Positions 47,102 through 56,873 of a DNA stretch of 64,000 nt are shown here, piece after piece (the first letter of the stretch is position 1; the number at the start of each line of letters is the position of its first letter). Origin of the DNA: Thermoplasmata archaeon. Its GTDB lineage: Archaea; Thermoplasmatota; Thermoplasmata; RBG-16-68-12; JAFNFQ01. The stretch lies in the NCBI GenBank assembly GCA_041489255.1, contig JBGPQV010000010.1, positions 1 through 64,000 on the forward strand. Direction: 5' to 3'. Below the pieces are notes generated by a model, which worked only from the letters and a program-made list of their open reading frames with translations, was not told the DNA's origin and did no database searches. Made by a program: the position numbers and the translations under genes.

Positions 47102-49282
47102 ATGTCAAGGACCTCGGCGCTTGCTCTGACCCTCTGCTTAGTATTCATCTCAATTGGGGTCGCGCTCAGCCCTCCCAGGGCCGCGGGTGCGCAGCCCGAC
47201 CTCAAGCTCTACAAGACTGCAAGTGCGAGCGTCGTGTCGCCGGGGGATGCCCTCTCGTACCAGATATTCTTTCAGAATCTCGGACCGCAAACCTCCACGA
47301 TCGTATGGATAAACGACACTCTGCCCTCCGACATCATCTACGTCAACGATACCGCCTACCTCCATTACAGCCCCGGTGTTGGTTTTTTTGAGTACAGCAC
47401 GCTTCTAGGCAACGTTCTCCACGTCAAGTTCAATCAAGTGCCCCCCGGGAACCAAAGCTTCGTCATTTTCGTCACAATCGGGAACTCGGTATTCGACGGG
47501 CAGGTGTTGACGAATAGAGCATCGATGAACTACACTAGCAGTGGGGGCAGGCTCCAGCCGCAATTGAACGCGACGGCATCCGTGACCGTCTCGATGCCGG
47601 TCCTGCAACTCGGCAAGTCTGTCGAGTACGATTCCCGTGACCCGTCCAGACTGAATTTCACTCTGACCGTTGGGAATGCGGGTTCAGCCACAGCTCTGAG
47701 CGTATGGGTGAACGACACCCTACCCGCGGGCGTTCAATATGTATCGTTTCAGGCTCCGCCCGGCGTGACATGCGCGGAGAATCCGCCCGGAACAGTTGCC
47801 TGCTTCCGCGGCAACTTCGCGGCTGAGAGTGAAGTGTGGAGGATAATGGCGAAGGTGACGGCACTTGTTCCGCCTGATGCTCCTGTGGTCAATTGGGCGT
47901 TCCTCAACGCGACGGATCAGGATGGCTCCTTGTTGCCTCAGCTGTCCGCAAGCGCGTCCTTCACGAGCCGGACGGCAGTGATGGGGCTCGCCAAAATCGT
48001 GGATCAGAGGAGGGCAATACCAGGCAGCAACCTTCTCTACTTCATCTACTACAACAGCTCGGGGCCTCTGCTCGCGAGAAATGTCTGGATAAACGATACC
48101 CTTCCCACCGGCGTGAGCGTCGTGAGCGTGAGTCCAACTCCTGTCCTGAACTCCTCAGGGCACGTCAATTGGTACTTCTCGAACTTGAGCACCGGTCCCC
48201 ATGCAGTGAACATCGAGGTCTCATTGTCCACGAGCCTGGGCAACGGCGTCGTGCTCACCAACCAGGTTACGATGGACTACTTCGACCAGATAGGCAGGAA
48301 AAGACCGAGGTCGACCCAGAGCGCCTCCACGACGGTGACCTTCGACATTCCGTCGATAAGGCTCGCGAAGATCGCGAATGTCGTTGAGGTGGCGCCCGGC
48401 GGGCAAGTGATGTACACGATCTACTACAACAACACCGGAAACGCCATGGCTAAGACAGTCACCATAGAGGACACGTTTCCGGCGGGAGTCCAGATAATCG
48501 CCGCGGACCCTGCATACTCCAGCTTCTCCGGGAACCGCTACTTCTGGAACCTGCAAAACATCCCGCCCGGGTCATATCTGATTTCCATCACCATCAGGGT
48601 GGACGAGGGGGTCGCAGAGGGGACCACGCTCACCAATACAGCCTCGATTACATACACAGACTCATTCGGCCAGGTGGTGGGAAGCAACTTCATGAGTGTG
48701 ATTGTCACCGTCAGGAAGAATGTGCAGCCGCCCCCGGACGATGGAGGGAACCAGAGTGGGGACAACACCGTCCTCTATCTGGTCGCAGCCATCGCTGTCA
48801 CTCTGGTTGTCATCATCGGTTTGTGGTTCTTCGTCGCCCGCCGCGGAGGTGACGCCGTGATTGACGACGTTTTCCTCCTGCACAGGGACGGCCTGCTCAT
48901 CAGGCACTTCACTCGCAAGCTGAACCCGGAGGTGGATTCAGACATCCTCGGCGGCATGCTAATCGCCGTGCAGAACTTCGTCAACGAATCTTTCGCTTCT
49001 GACAAGGGGCTTGCGACGGAAGGCGGGTTGGACGAACTCAAGTTCGGTAAGTACAGCATACTCATCGCGAGGGGGACGCATGTTGTCATGGCGGCGGTCG
49101 TGCTCGGAGGCAGGACCGTGAACACCGTGAAGGAGATCAAGGCGGCGATTGAGGACCTCGAAAGAAACCTCGGTAAGGTTCTCGAAAAGTGGGGCGGGGA
49201 CATGGGCCAGGTCGTGGGTGCGGATAAATACCTGCAGGATCTGATGGCGGGAAAATACAAGGGGAAGGTGAAATCGGCTTAG
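47102..49282 (+). CDS. Receptor-like protein: signal peptide, four DUF11 repeats, one TM, cytoplasmic longin-like domain
   Basis: MSRTSALALTLCL signal; DUF11 repeats; TM LYLVAAIAVTLVVIIGLWFFV; IDDVFLLHRDG...DSDILGGMLIAVQNFVNESF. Confidence 0.85.
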   Translation: MSRTSALALTLCLVFISIGVALSPPRAAGAQPDLKLYKTASASVVSPGDALSYQIFFQNLGPQTSTIVWINDTLPSDIIYVNDTAYLHYSPGVGFFEYSTLLGNVLHVKFNQVPPGNQSFVIFVTIGNSVFDGQVLTNRASMNYTSSGGRLQPQLNATASVTVSMPVLQLGKSVEYDSRDPSRLNFTLTVGNAGSATALSVWVNDTLPAGVQYVSFQAPPGVTCAENPPGTVACFRGNFAAESEVWRIMAKVTALVPPDAPVVNWAFLNATDQDGSLLPQLSASASFTSRTAVMGLAKIVDQRRAIPGSNLLYFIYYNSSGPLLARNVWINDTLPTGVSVVSVSPTPVLNSSGHVNWYFSNLSTGPHAVNIEVSLSTSLGNGVVLTNQVTMDYFDQIGRKRPRSTQSASTTVTFDIPSIRLAKIANVVEVAPGGQVMYTIYYNNTGNAMAKTVTIEDTFPAGVQIIAADPAYSSFSGNRYFWNLQNIPPGSYLISITIRVDEGVAEGTTLTNTASITYTDSFGQVVGSNFMSVIVTVRKNVQPPPDDGGNQSGDNTVLYLVAAIAVTLVVIIGLWFFVARRGGDAVIDDVFLLHRDGLLIRHFTRKLNPEVDSDILGGMLIAVQNFVNESFASDKGLATEGGLDELKFGKYSILIARGTHVVMAAVVLGGRTVNTVKEIKAAIEDLERNLGKVLEKWGGDMGQVVGADKYLQDLMAGKYKGKVKSA

Positions 49283-49345
49283 CCAGCGTGGGAATGTTTA
49301 TAGGGCTGCCAGTCTAATATCTTCATCAGGGTTCGAGGACGGCAG

Positions 49346-50176
49346 ATGGCACAGGAATTCCTCAAGCGCAAGGTCCTCCTTCTCGGGGACGGCGCCGTCG
49401 GCAAGACATCCTTGGTCCGTAGATTCGTGGTGGACAAGTTCAGCGACGACTACATCACGACCATAGGGGCGAAGGTGACGAAGAAGGACATGCGCGTCCA
49501 GACTGGGATGGACGTGTTCGACGTCAGTCTCATCCTGTGGGATGTTCTCGGGCAGAGAGGATTTCACGCCGTGCAGAACAGCTCATTCCAGGGGGCAAGA
49601 GGGGTCATCCTCGTCTACGACATGACCCGGCCCGAGACCGCGGAGAGCCTCAAGACCTACTGGTTGCCGCGGCTGAAGGAGGTCGCCGGCGAGATCCCTC
49701 GGATTCTGTTCGCAAACAAGGTTGACCTGGTGGGCGAACGCAGCATGGCGGAGGAGAAGGTCAGCTGGCTCGCGGCCGAACTTGGCTGCGATTTCTACCT
49801 CACGAGCGCGAAGACGGGGGAGAACGTGGAGCGGGGAATCGGGACCCTGGCGACGGAGCTCATAAAGGCCAGGCAGATGGAGATCTCTTACCTCTCAGAG
49901 CTTTCCGGCGAAATCGTCAACTCCGACACTGTCGGAGTGGCGGACATGATCATGGTCGACTTCTGCAACGACTTCGGCGGCATAGAGGCCGGAACGCCCG
50001 TCCTGAGAGAGCAGTTCACTCGGGCGGGTCTCGATGTGAAGAATCCTACAGCGGACAGTCTGGTGAGGGCCATAGATCTGCTTGCTGATGTGGAGAGCAG
50101 TTTCAAGCCCGCATCGGAGGTCGAGAAGGCGAAGACGAGGCGTCTCGGCTGGGTCAATGGGCTCGGAAAGCCTTGA
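49346..50176 (+). CDS. Rab/Roc-like small GTPase with C-terminal helical extension
   Basis: G1 GDGAVGKTS, G2 YITTIG, G3 WDVLGQ, G4 NKVD, G5 TSAK. Confidence 0.92.
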   Translation: MAQEFLKRKVLLLGDGAVGKTSLVRRFVVDKFSDDYITTIGAKVTKKDMRVQTGMDVFDVSLILWDVLGQRGFHAVQNSSFQGARGVILVYDMTRPETAESLKTYWLPRLKEVAGEIPRILFANKVDLVGERSMAEEKVSWLAAELGCDFYLTSAKTGENVERGIGTLATELIKARQMEISYLSELSGEIVNSDTVGVADMIMVDFCNDFGGIEAGTPVLREQFTRAGLDVKNPTADSLVRAIDLLADVESSFKPASEVEKAKTRRLGWVNGLGKP

Positions 50177-51704
50177 CCATGTAGGGCTCCTCGAGAACGT
50201 ACCCCAACCGCCTGTAGTAGTCCCTTGCGCCCACACCGCTAGTGACCTTCAGCAGATCCGCATCAAGCTCCTCGGAGACAATCCTCTCGCATTCTGCCAC
50301 GAGCCTGCGGCCGTGTCCTTGGTGCTGCCATTTGTCCTCCGGCGGTTCCTCAAAGGGGACCACCTCGCCAAACACCTTCAGCTCGCGGAGGAATGTCCCG
50401 GAGGCACATGATCGCATCCTCAGGTAACCGACGAGGGTCTCGCCATCAACATGCTCGAGGGAAAGGAAGGTCTCGCTCCCGCCAGAAGCCCCATAGTCAG
50501 TCCGGCGGAGCACGATGTCATCGGCATGCATCGATCTGTTGGTCAGCCCGACCTCCCTGCATCTGATGCACCTGCACTTCTCTCCCGCACGGGCAAGTTC
50601 CCGCTTCGCGAGGTCCCGCAGGTGACCTTTGTCCAGGCCCGCCTCTATCGAGCTGACTTCGATCTCCCGCTGGATGCGCTGGATGCGCACCCAGGGCGGG
50701 ACCATGATCTTCACTCGAGCGATGAGGCGGACTGCATCTGCGGTGGTAAGGGGAGCGTACTCGCCTCTCTTCCACATGTCGTACAGGCCGGTGCCCTTGA
50801 GCACCACTGTCGGATAGATCTTGAGCATGTCGGGTCTGAAGGACTCATCGCTGAATATGGTCCGGAAGGACTCCACGTCGCCATCGAAATCGGCGCCAGG
50901 CAGACCGGGCATCATGTGATAGCCGACTTTCAGGCCCGCATCCTTCGCCCTGGCCGTAGCGGCGCGCACATGCGCGGTCGTGTGCCCTCGGTTCGCGCGC
51001 GCCAGCAGCTCGTCGCTGACGCTCTGCACGCCGAGCTCGACCCGCGTGACCCCGAGGCGCATGGAATGCCGGATCTGCTCATCAGAGAAGCAATCGGGCC
51101 TCGTCTCAACGGTTAGCCCGACGCAACGCGACCCGGCAAGCTCATTCAGCGTTTGCGCTTCTCGCAGATCCGCGGAGGCGCCTTCGTTCATCGCATCGAG
51201 GCATCTCTGCACGAATCCTTCCCTGTAATCGGGCCTCAGGTTGGTGAATGTCCCTCCGAGGATTATCAGCTCTATCTTGTCTGTAGGGTGACCCATGGCT
51301 TCAAGCTGGCCTAGTCTCGCCGAGGTCTGACCGAAAGGATCGTAGTCGTGTTGCGCTGCCCTCATGGCGGCGGGTTCCCTTCCGGTGTATGATTGAGGGG
51401 TACCGACAGCGGGCCCGCCGGGACAGTAGAGGCACCTTCCATGCGGACACGGGAACGGCGCGGTCATCACCGCGACAACCGCGACGCCGGAGGCCGACCT
51501 GGTCCTTTTGATTTTCAGGAGGTCTTTCATCCTCTCGCGGAGTTCAGGAGATGCGTGGCTGAGGATTTCGGAATCGCTAGGGACATGCTCCAGGCCATGC
51601 TGGCCGCAGAGTTTGATCTTCGCCCTGTGCAGTTCCTCCTTGGTCCTGATGCCCTCGGCTACAATCTTCGTGAGGAGTTCGCTGAAGAAAGGATCGGTCG
51701 TCAT
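50154..51704 (-). CDS. elp3: Elp3 tRNA U34 carboxymethylation radical SAM/GNAT enzyme
   Basis: RSASGVAVVAVM, CPHGRCLYCPGG, QSYTG, ETRPD, LKIYPT, RELKVFG, QHQGHG. Confidence 0.95.
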   Translation of the reverse strand: MTTDPFFSELLTKIVAEGIRTKEELHRAKIKLCGQHGLEHVPSDSEILSHASPELRERMKDLLKIKRTRSASGVAVVAVMTAPFPCPHGRCLYCPGGPAVGTPQSYTGREPAAMRAAQHDYDPFGQTSARLGQLEAMGHPTDKIELIILGGTFTNLRPDYREGFVQRCLDAMNEGASADLREAQTLNELAGSRCVGLTVETRPDCFSDEQIRHSMRLGVTRVELGVQSVSDELLARANRGHTTAHVRAATARAKDAGLKVGYHMMPGLPGADFDGDVESFRTIFSDESFRPDMLKIYPTVVLKGTGLYDMWKRGEYAPLTTADAVRLIARVKIMVPPWVRIQRIQREIEVSSIEAGLDKGHLRDLAKRELARAGEKCRCIRCREVGLTNRSMHADDIVLRRTDYGASGGSETFLSLEHVDGETLVGYLRMRSCASGTFLRELKVFGEVVPFEEPPEDKWQHQGHGRRLVAECERIVSEELDADLLKVTSGVGARDYYRRLGYVLEEPYMVKAFRAH

Positions 51705-52012
51705 GCGTACATGGGCCCCTCGTAGTCCTTGACCGTCTGCTTCCTCCCGCCCGACTGCTTGTAGCGCCTCCGCTGCGAGGGCTTGATGCCGGTGAAGTGG
51801 AAGTCCGAGCGGAGCAGTCTGATGAAGGTCCTGTCCGGCAGGGGTTCCAGCTCGACTATCCCTCGTTGTACGAAGGACTTGATGACCCTGTCGAGCCGGT
51901 CGCGCTTGATCTTCAGCTCCCTCACCAGATCCTCGACCGTGGCCGGGTATACCTCGAGCAGGTACCTGAGGATCCTCTCTTCGATCGACCCGTTTAGCAC
52001 TTCGACCGGCAT
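51701..52012 (-). CDS. Winged-HTH-like hypothetical protein
   Basis: EERILRYLLEVYPATVEDLVREL...GIVELEPLPD; ATGA overlap with elp3. Confidence 0.75.
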   Translation of the reverse strand: MPVEVLNGSIEERILRYLLEVYPATVEDLVRELKIKRDRLDRVIKSFVQRGIVELEPLPDRTFIRLLRSDFHFTGIKPSQRRRYKQSGGRKQTVKDYEGPMYA

Positions 52013-52091
52013 GATAGGACAGCACCGCCAGCGTCGGACTTAAGCCTTTTCGCGAAATCGCCGGATGTTGGCCGCCGTCTCAGCTCGTTGC

Positions 52092-52370
52092 TCAGCCGTA
52101 CATCGTCTGCGGCTTCTCGGGCTTTTTCTCTTCCTCCACGGCCTGGACGACATCTATCGCGATTATCATGTGGCAGGGTATGAGCCTGATACGGCCCGCC
52201 ATGTCCTTGTGGCTCTCGTCCAGCTCCATGACTATGGCGTCGTCGGGACCGATCGTCGCGTACCCCTTGAAGACGCCATGAGTGAGAAGCGGCTTCTCGC
52301 GGGTCTCCATGCTCTCTATCCGGTATCTCGACCCTTTCGTCAGCGACACGCTTTCCTCACCAGGGCTCAT
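52092..52370 (-). CDS. Small beta-rich hypothetical protein (Sm/SH3-like pattern)
   Basis: LTKGSRYRI...GVFKGY...RLIPCHMIIAIDV; ATGA overlap with the upstream gene. Confidence 0.7.
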   Translation of the reverse strand: MSPGEESVSLTKGSRYRIESMETREKPLLTHGVFKGYATIGPDDAIVMELDESHKDMAGRIRLIPCHMIIAIDVVQAVEEEKKPEKPQTMYG

Positions 52371-52834
52371 TTCCCCGCCTCCTCGTTCTCCGACAGGTTC
52401 TGCAGGTGTTCCACGGTCTTGCGGTAGTTCTCCATCGCTATCTCTACGTTGGATTCGACGAAGTTCCACGCCTTCGCGATGTTCCCGTAGCGTATCCTGT
52501 ACCCTTTCTTCGGTTCCCCGCCCTTCTGCGGCACATCGACCTCGTCCAGCAGGTCGAGGCTCTTCAGCTTGTTGATGTGGCGGTAGATCGTCGGTTTCGT
52601 CGTGTGCAGCTTGGCGGCGAGCTGCTCAACTGTCCACCCCTTGTCCATCCGCCTGAGGAAGCAATTGACAAAGAGGCTGTGCGGGACGCTCTCGTTCAGG
52701 TTTCTCGCCTTCGTCTTGGGGTCGTAGCCCTTGGGGATGTAGCCGATCTGACTCAGAAAAAGGGCTGCGACTTCATCCAGATCCTTCAGGGGGGTCAGAG
52801 GGGTATTGCTGACGACAACGATCTCGAAAGACAT
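52367..52834 (-). CDS. HTH-domain transcription regulator-like protein
   Basis: WTVEQLAAKLHTTKPTIYRHINKLKSLDLL. Confidence 0.8.
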   Translation of the reverse strand: MSFEIVVVSNTPLTPLKDLDEVAALFLSQIGYIPKGYDPKTKARNLNESVPHSLFVNCFLRRMDKGWTVEQLAAKLHTTKPTIYRHINKLKSLDLLDEVDVPQKGGEPKKGYRIRYGNIAKAWNFVESNVEIAMENYRKTVEHLQNLSENEEAGK

Positions 52835-52904
52835 CAGAATCCTTCCTTGGTCTGGCTGGAAATAAAGCAGCGCTTTTATGAATTTAACGGTGCGGCTTCC
52901 AAAA

Positions 52905-54869
52905 TCAGGGCCGCCGGTCGTCAAATCGTGAGCCCGGAGGGTTTCTCCCGCGCGCGCCTTTCTTCCTGAACAACAGGACGCCCAGGAGGATCCACTCGAA
53001 GACCAGGGAGACCGTCAGTAACAAGGCCATGGGCCAATAGGGCCCGAACAACGACGTGCCGTCGCGCCCCCCGTCGGCGCCTTCCCCGAGATAGAGGTCC
53101 ACGATGAACGAGCCAAACCTTTGATAGCGGAGCGTGAACTCAAGGCTTGCCGATCGTCCCCCTTCATCGGCTTCCACTTTCAAGCGGTCCCCATTCTTGA
53201 TCCAGACCGGATAGACCACATCGATTGCGTAGGATCCACTGGAGGTCGAGGTTGTCACATTCTGGCCGGTCCTCAGATTTGTGACCCTCACTGTTGCGCC
53301 GTCTACGGGATTCCCCGATGAGTCGCGCACGGTGCCGTGGATTCTCAGCACGGCCGTGGCCTGGATGTCCCTGAAGGAGGTGGAGTTGATTGTCCCTTGG
53401 GTTTGACGGAAATAGAGGTAGAAATCGTAGATTCCAGGATATGGCAGCGAGACATTCTCGGTGTAGTACACGCCCGCTGAGACGGCGTACGTGAGGCTCG
53501 CGAGGAGCGAATCCCCTACGTACTCATCGACTATGACATCGCCATTCCCTGACGCGCTGAACAGGATTCTGGCGTTGTCCAGCCTCATGTCGGAGTTGAG
53601 ATCCTCTGGTGTGAGCGTCGCCGTGAATGCCACGCGCGGGCGGGTCGAATTGTGGTAAGTCTTCAGGTGTTCATCCCATAGGCTGTCCTGACTGAGGGCG
53701 AGCTGGCCATAGTCCTTCATCTTCGATCCCATTGTCCAAGGATACCAGAGGGATAGGCCGGTCGCGTTCCTTGCCTTGACGCAATTGATAGCGCCGGTCA
53801 GGTTCATGTGCCTCTCGTGCACGACAGCGCTCTGGACGGCCGCCTCCAGTTCCACGGCCGCCGACAGCACGCGCCCGCTTTGAACGAGAGTCCTCGTCTT
53901 CGTGGCAACATCCGAGAGATCGTAGTCCTCCCCCGCCATGGGGGAGCTGCACTGGTTACTTTCATAGTGCTCGCTCTCGTTCCTCGCTCGAACCACTGAG
54001 TCCACGAAGTACGGCAGGGAGGAGTTCACCGCCGTAACGAAGCCGTTCAGGCTGGAGACTACCCCTGTCAGCATGCTCGAGTTGACCAGCGCCATGGTGA
54101 CGGAATAGCTGGAGGCGTTCGGGTAGCTGTAACTGTCTATGTATCGGTCGACGAGAACGCTGCCGAACTGGACAGGATTCATGGCCGGGTCGGCGGCCAG
54201 AGCTCCCAGGACCGTGTCGTAAGGCCAGCCCTCAGCAGGCTCGTCCTTCTCCGATCCGACCATATAGTTCACATATGGGCTGGCCTGATACATTATCTCC
54301 AAGGTCATCCTGCAAGCATCGTTGGCCAGAATATCCAAAGGCCGGCCGAGGAATGTCTTTATGTCCGCCAATGCGAAGCCAAGCTCGATTGCGGTCATGT
54401 GATCGTTCGGGTTGGGGGCATCATCGGTGGCGACCCCCTGCCATCCCAGACCGTGGTCCCAGATATCGAGGAAGTAACGGTCGGCAGGATATGCGGTAAC
54501 AGCCCATTTGACGAAATCCGACAAAGTCGTCGGATCAGCCATGTTCAGCTCGCCGAGGTCCTGCATAGCGTTGCCCGCATCGGGCGTCATGTCCTTCTCC
54601 ACGCGAAAACGTTTTGTCGTCGACCAATCTCCATACGATGTATCGTAGCTCGAACTCCTGTCGAACTGCACCACGATGTTGACATCGTTCGTGGAGCCGA
54701 CCTGGGCCATATGGAGGAAGTTGTCTATCCCCACGTCCTCGAGATTGTTGTCAGCGTCGAGGTAAACCATGAATGTCCACTTTGAGTTCTGCGCGCTTGC
54801 GGGCCTGATTCCCGCCATAAGGCCGAGTAGCAGGAAGCCGAGGACGAGGGCGACAACCGACTTCATCAA
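52905..54869 (-). CDS. Secreted, membrane-anchored clostripain-family (C11) cysteine peptidase
   Basis: WTFMVYLDADNNL, WDHG (catalytic His), DACRM (catalytic Cys); signal peptide and C-terminal TM. Confidence 0.92.
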   Translation of the reverse strand: MMKSVVALVLGFLLLGLMAGIRPASAQNSKWTFMVYLDADNNLEDVGIDNFLHMAQVGSTNDVNIVVQFDRSSSYDTSYGDWSTTKRFRVEKDMTPDAGNAMQDLGELNMADPTTLSDFVKWAVTAYPADRYFLDIWDHGLGWQGVATDDAPNPNDHMTAIELGFALADIKTFLGRPLDILANDACRMTLEIMYQASPYVNYMVGSEKDEPAEGWPYDTVLGALAADPAMNPVQFGSVLVDRYIDSYSYPNASSYSVTMALVNSSMLTGVVSSLNGFVTAVNSSLPYFVDSVVRARNESEHYESNQCSSPMAGEDYDLSDVATKTRTLVQSGRVLSAAVELEAAVQSAVVHERHMNLTGAINCVKARNATGLSLWYPWTMGSKMKDYGQLALSQDSLWDEHLKTYHNSTRPRVAFTATLTPEDLNSDMRLDNARILFSASGNGDVIVDEYVGDSLLASLTYAVSAGVYYTENVSLPYPGIYDFYLYFRQTQGTINSTSFRDIQATAVLRIHGTVRDSSGNPVDGATVRVTNLRTGQNVTTSTSSGSYAIDVVYPVWIKNGDRLKVEADEGGRSASLEFTLRYQRFGSFIVDLYLGEGADGGRDGTSLFGPYWPMALLLTVSLVFEWILLGVLLFRKKGARGRNPPGSRFDDRRP

Positions 54870-54962
54870 CGATTAAAAAACCTTCCAATCGTATTTAGAG
54901 CTATCGTGACGGACGCTATTGCCGGCGGCTGCCGATGCAGCGTTTTCCTCCATTTTCTGTAA

Positions 54963-55496
54963 TCAAGCCGCCGCAAGCAGGTCCTTGCCCGTCAGCAGGG
55001 AGTACAGCGAGACTCCGATGCCGCTGAGGCTCTCCTGCCCGCCTTCTTGGCGGTCGACCACGCAAACGACCCTGTCAATCGATGCGCCCTTCTCACGCAG
55101 GTCGAGTATGGCCTTCACAAGAGTCCCGCCGGTCGTGACCACATCCTCGACGAACAGGATCTTCTCGCCTCTCACCATCTCGCCCTCGAAAGGCTTCTGG
55201 GTGCCGTGTTCCCTCTTTTCCTTCCTCACCATGATGTATGGCAGGTCGGTCTCGAGTGACACAGCGGCGGCGATCGGGACGGCACCGAGTTCCACCCCCG
55301 CTATCCTCGCGTAGCCGGAAGCATGCGGGGCCATGCCCCTCGCGATGATCCTCAACAAATCAGGGCGGGTGATCGCGGCCTTGATGTCGACGTAGTAGCC
55401 GCTCCTTTTTCCCGACGTGAGGATGAAATCGCCATATTTCAGCGCACCGCATTTCCGCAACGCGTTCACTAACCACTTTTTATCTATTCTATCCAT
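54963..55496 (-). CDS. pyrE: Orotate phosphoribosyltransferase
   Basis: FILTSGKRSGYYVDIK, RKEKREHGT, VEDVVTTGG. Confidence 0.95.
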   Translation of the reverse strand: MDRIDKKWLVNALRKCGALKYGDFILTSGKRSGYYVDIKAAITRPDLLRIIARGMAPHASGYARIAGVELGAVPIAAAVSLETDLPYIMVRKEKREHGTQKPFEGEMVRGEKILFVEDVVTTGGTLVKAILDLREKGASIDRVVCVVDRQEGGQESLSGIGVSLYSLLTGKDLLAAA

Positions 55497-56054
55497 CTAC
55501 CACGGCACCTCCTTCTTCCCGAGTCTGTAGCCGACTATGTTGACAGCCCTATGTAGGAATGGCGTCAGCACAATCACGAATATGAGGCCGAACACGGCCT
55601 CTCCCTCCCAGTAATGCTGGACGAACCAGCCGTTCTGGAATATCGCGAGCAGGACCATCGCACCGACCATGAAATCGTACTGGTCCAGTCCGAGCACGGG
55701 AGCGCCCTTCGGCTTCCCCATGCGTCTCTTGATGAAGCTGCCGACCAGGTCTCCCAGGAGCGCACCGACTGGCAAGAGCACGAGAGGTGCCAGGGCGCCG
55801 GGGAAGGCACCGTATTCGAGCGGCTCGTACACCAGAGCCGCCAGCCCCCAGAGGATCAGGCCGAGGATGATGCCGCACATCACCCCGCCGCAGAAGCCCC
55901 GCCAGGTCTTGCCATCGCCGAAAAGCCTGTTCCCATCCTTGAGAACCTTCCCGAAATCCATCGGCGTGCCGCCGCCGAAGAGGACAGCCGTCGGGTTCGC
56001 GACATACGCGGGAAGGAAGAACCAGAAGGCCTGGAACAGTTCGAGCGCGACCAC
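55497..56054 (-). CDS. carS: CDP-archaeol synthase
   Basis: PAYVAN, DG.RLFGDGKTWRG, GDLVGSFIKRR, LDQYDF, KKEVPW. Confidence 0.92.
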   Translation of the reverse strand: MVALELFQAFWFFLPAYVANPTAVLFGGGTPMDFGKVLKDGNRLFGDGKTWRGFCGGVMCGIILGLILWGLAALVYEPLEYGAFPGALAPLVLLPVGALLGDLVGSFIKRRMGKPKGAPVLGLDQYDFMVGAMVLLAIFQNGWFVQHYWEGEAVFGLIFVIVLTPFLHRAVNIVGYRLGKKEVPW

Positions 56055-56133
56055 TGAGCTGCGAAAGGAGTAGCGGGATATTAAGGGCTTGGACGCGAAT
56101 CGGCCAGCAATCAGAGTGCGACTGGCAAAGAGG

Positions 56134-56703
56134 CTACTGCCCGTAGAGCGCGCCGAGCTTCTTGAGCGAAAACGATTCACTCGCGAGTTCAAGTGCGTCT
56201 TTCAAGTTGCGGCGCAGACACTGGACGAATACATCCTCACTCTTCTCTCCGATTTCGACCTTGAGCACGTGAAGGATCCTGCCGTACCTGACCGCCTTAA
56301 CTTTGACTACCCTCGCCAGCTCGGGATGCTCGACCGCATCGCGCGAAATCATTTTATTGCCTTTCTTCTCGAGGCGGTAGGCCATGAAGAAAATTCCGAG
56401 CAGGAAGATCAACCCCAAGGTTCCCACCAGCTCGGGATGAGGTTTCCAGATTGATGATTGAAGTGCATCATTGCCGAACAGGGCGGCGAATATGGACGAA
56501 CCGAATATGATGTAGAGAAAGATGGGCAACAGCATGCGCCCGGCCACAGATCCTGACATGGAAATGAGTCTAAAGCTTCCCCATTTCGCCTCCAGAATGA
56601 AAGGCGGACTCTCCTTCTTTGGGAAGCCGATTGTCGCCGTCAAGAAATACTCAGACTTCATTGAAGCATCTCGGCCGCGAACGAGACATATCCTCTGCCA
56701 CAA
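56134..56703 (-). CDS. Hypothetical membrane protein
   Basis: Two hydrophobic helices; visibly more AT-rich; start uncertain. Confidence 0.5.
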   Translation of the reverse strand: MWQRICLVRGRDASMKSEYFLTATIGFPKKESPPFILEAKWGSFRLISMSGSVAGRMLLPIFLYIIFGSSIFAALFGNDALQSSIWKPHPELVGTLGLIFLLGIFFMAYRLEKKGNKMISRDAVEHPELARVVKVKAVRYGRILHVLKVEIGEKSEDVFVQCLRRNLKDALELASESFSLKKLGALYGQ

Positions 56704-56873
56704 TATGAAAATAGCGTGAAGAGCAACGGACTCACCAACCCTTCATCGGTTCTCGTGGGTGTTGACCCAGCGCTTAGCGATTCGATATCCTGACGATGCT
56801 GGTTCGGGTCATTGCCAAAGATGATAATCAACCCGCTGTCATTAAATGGCGTCAGCACGTGGAAAAGGATGCG

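Noticed and set aside
51705-52025. N-terminal extension of Elp3 in the ORF track
   Set aside because: Overlaps the wHTH gene in another frame; Elp3 most likely starts at 51704
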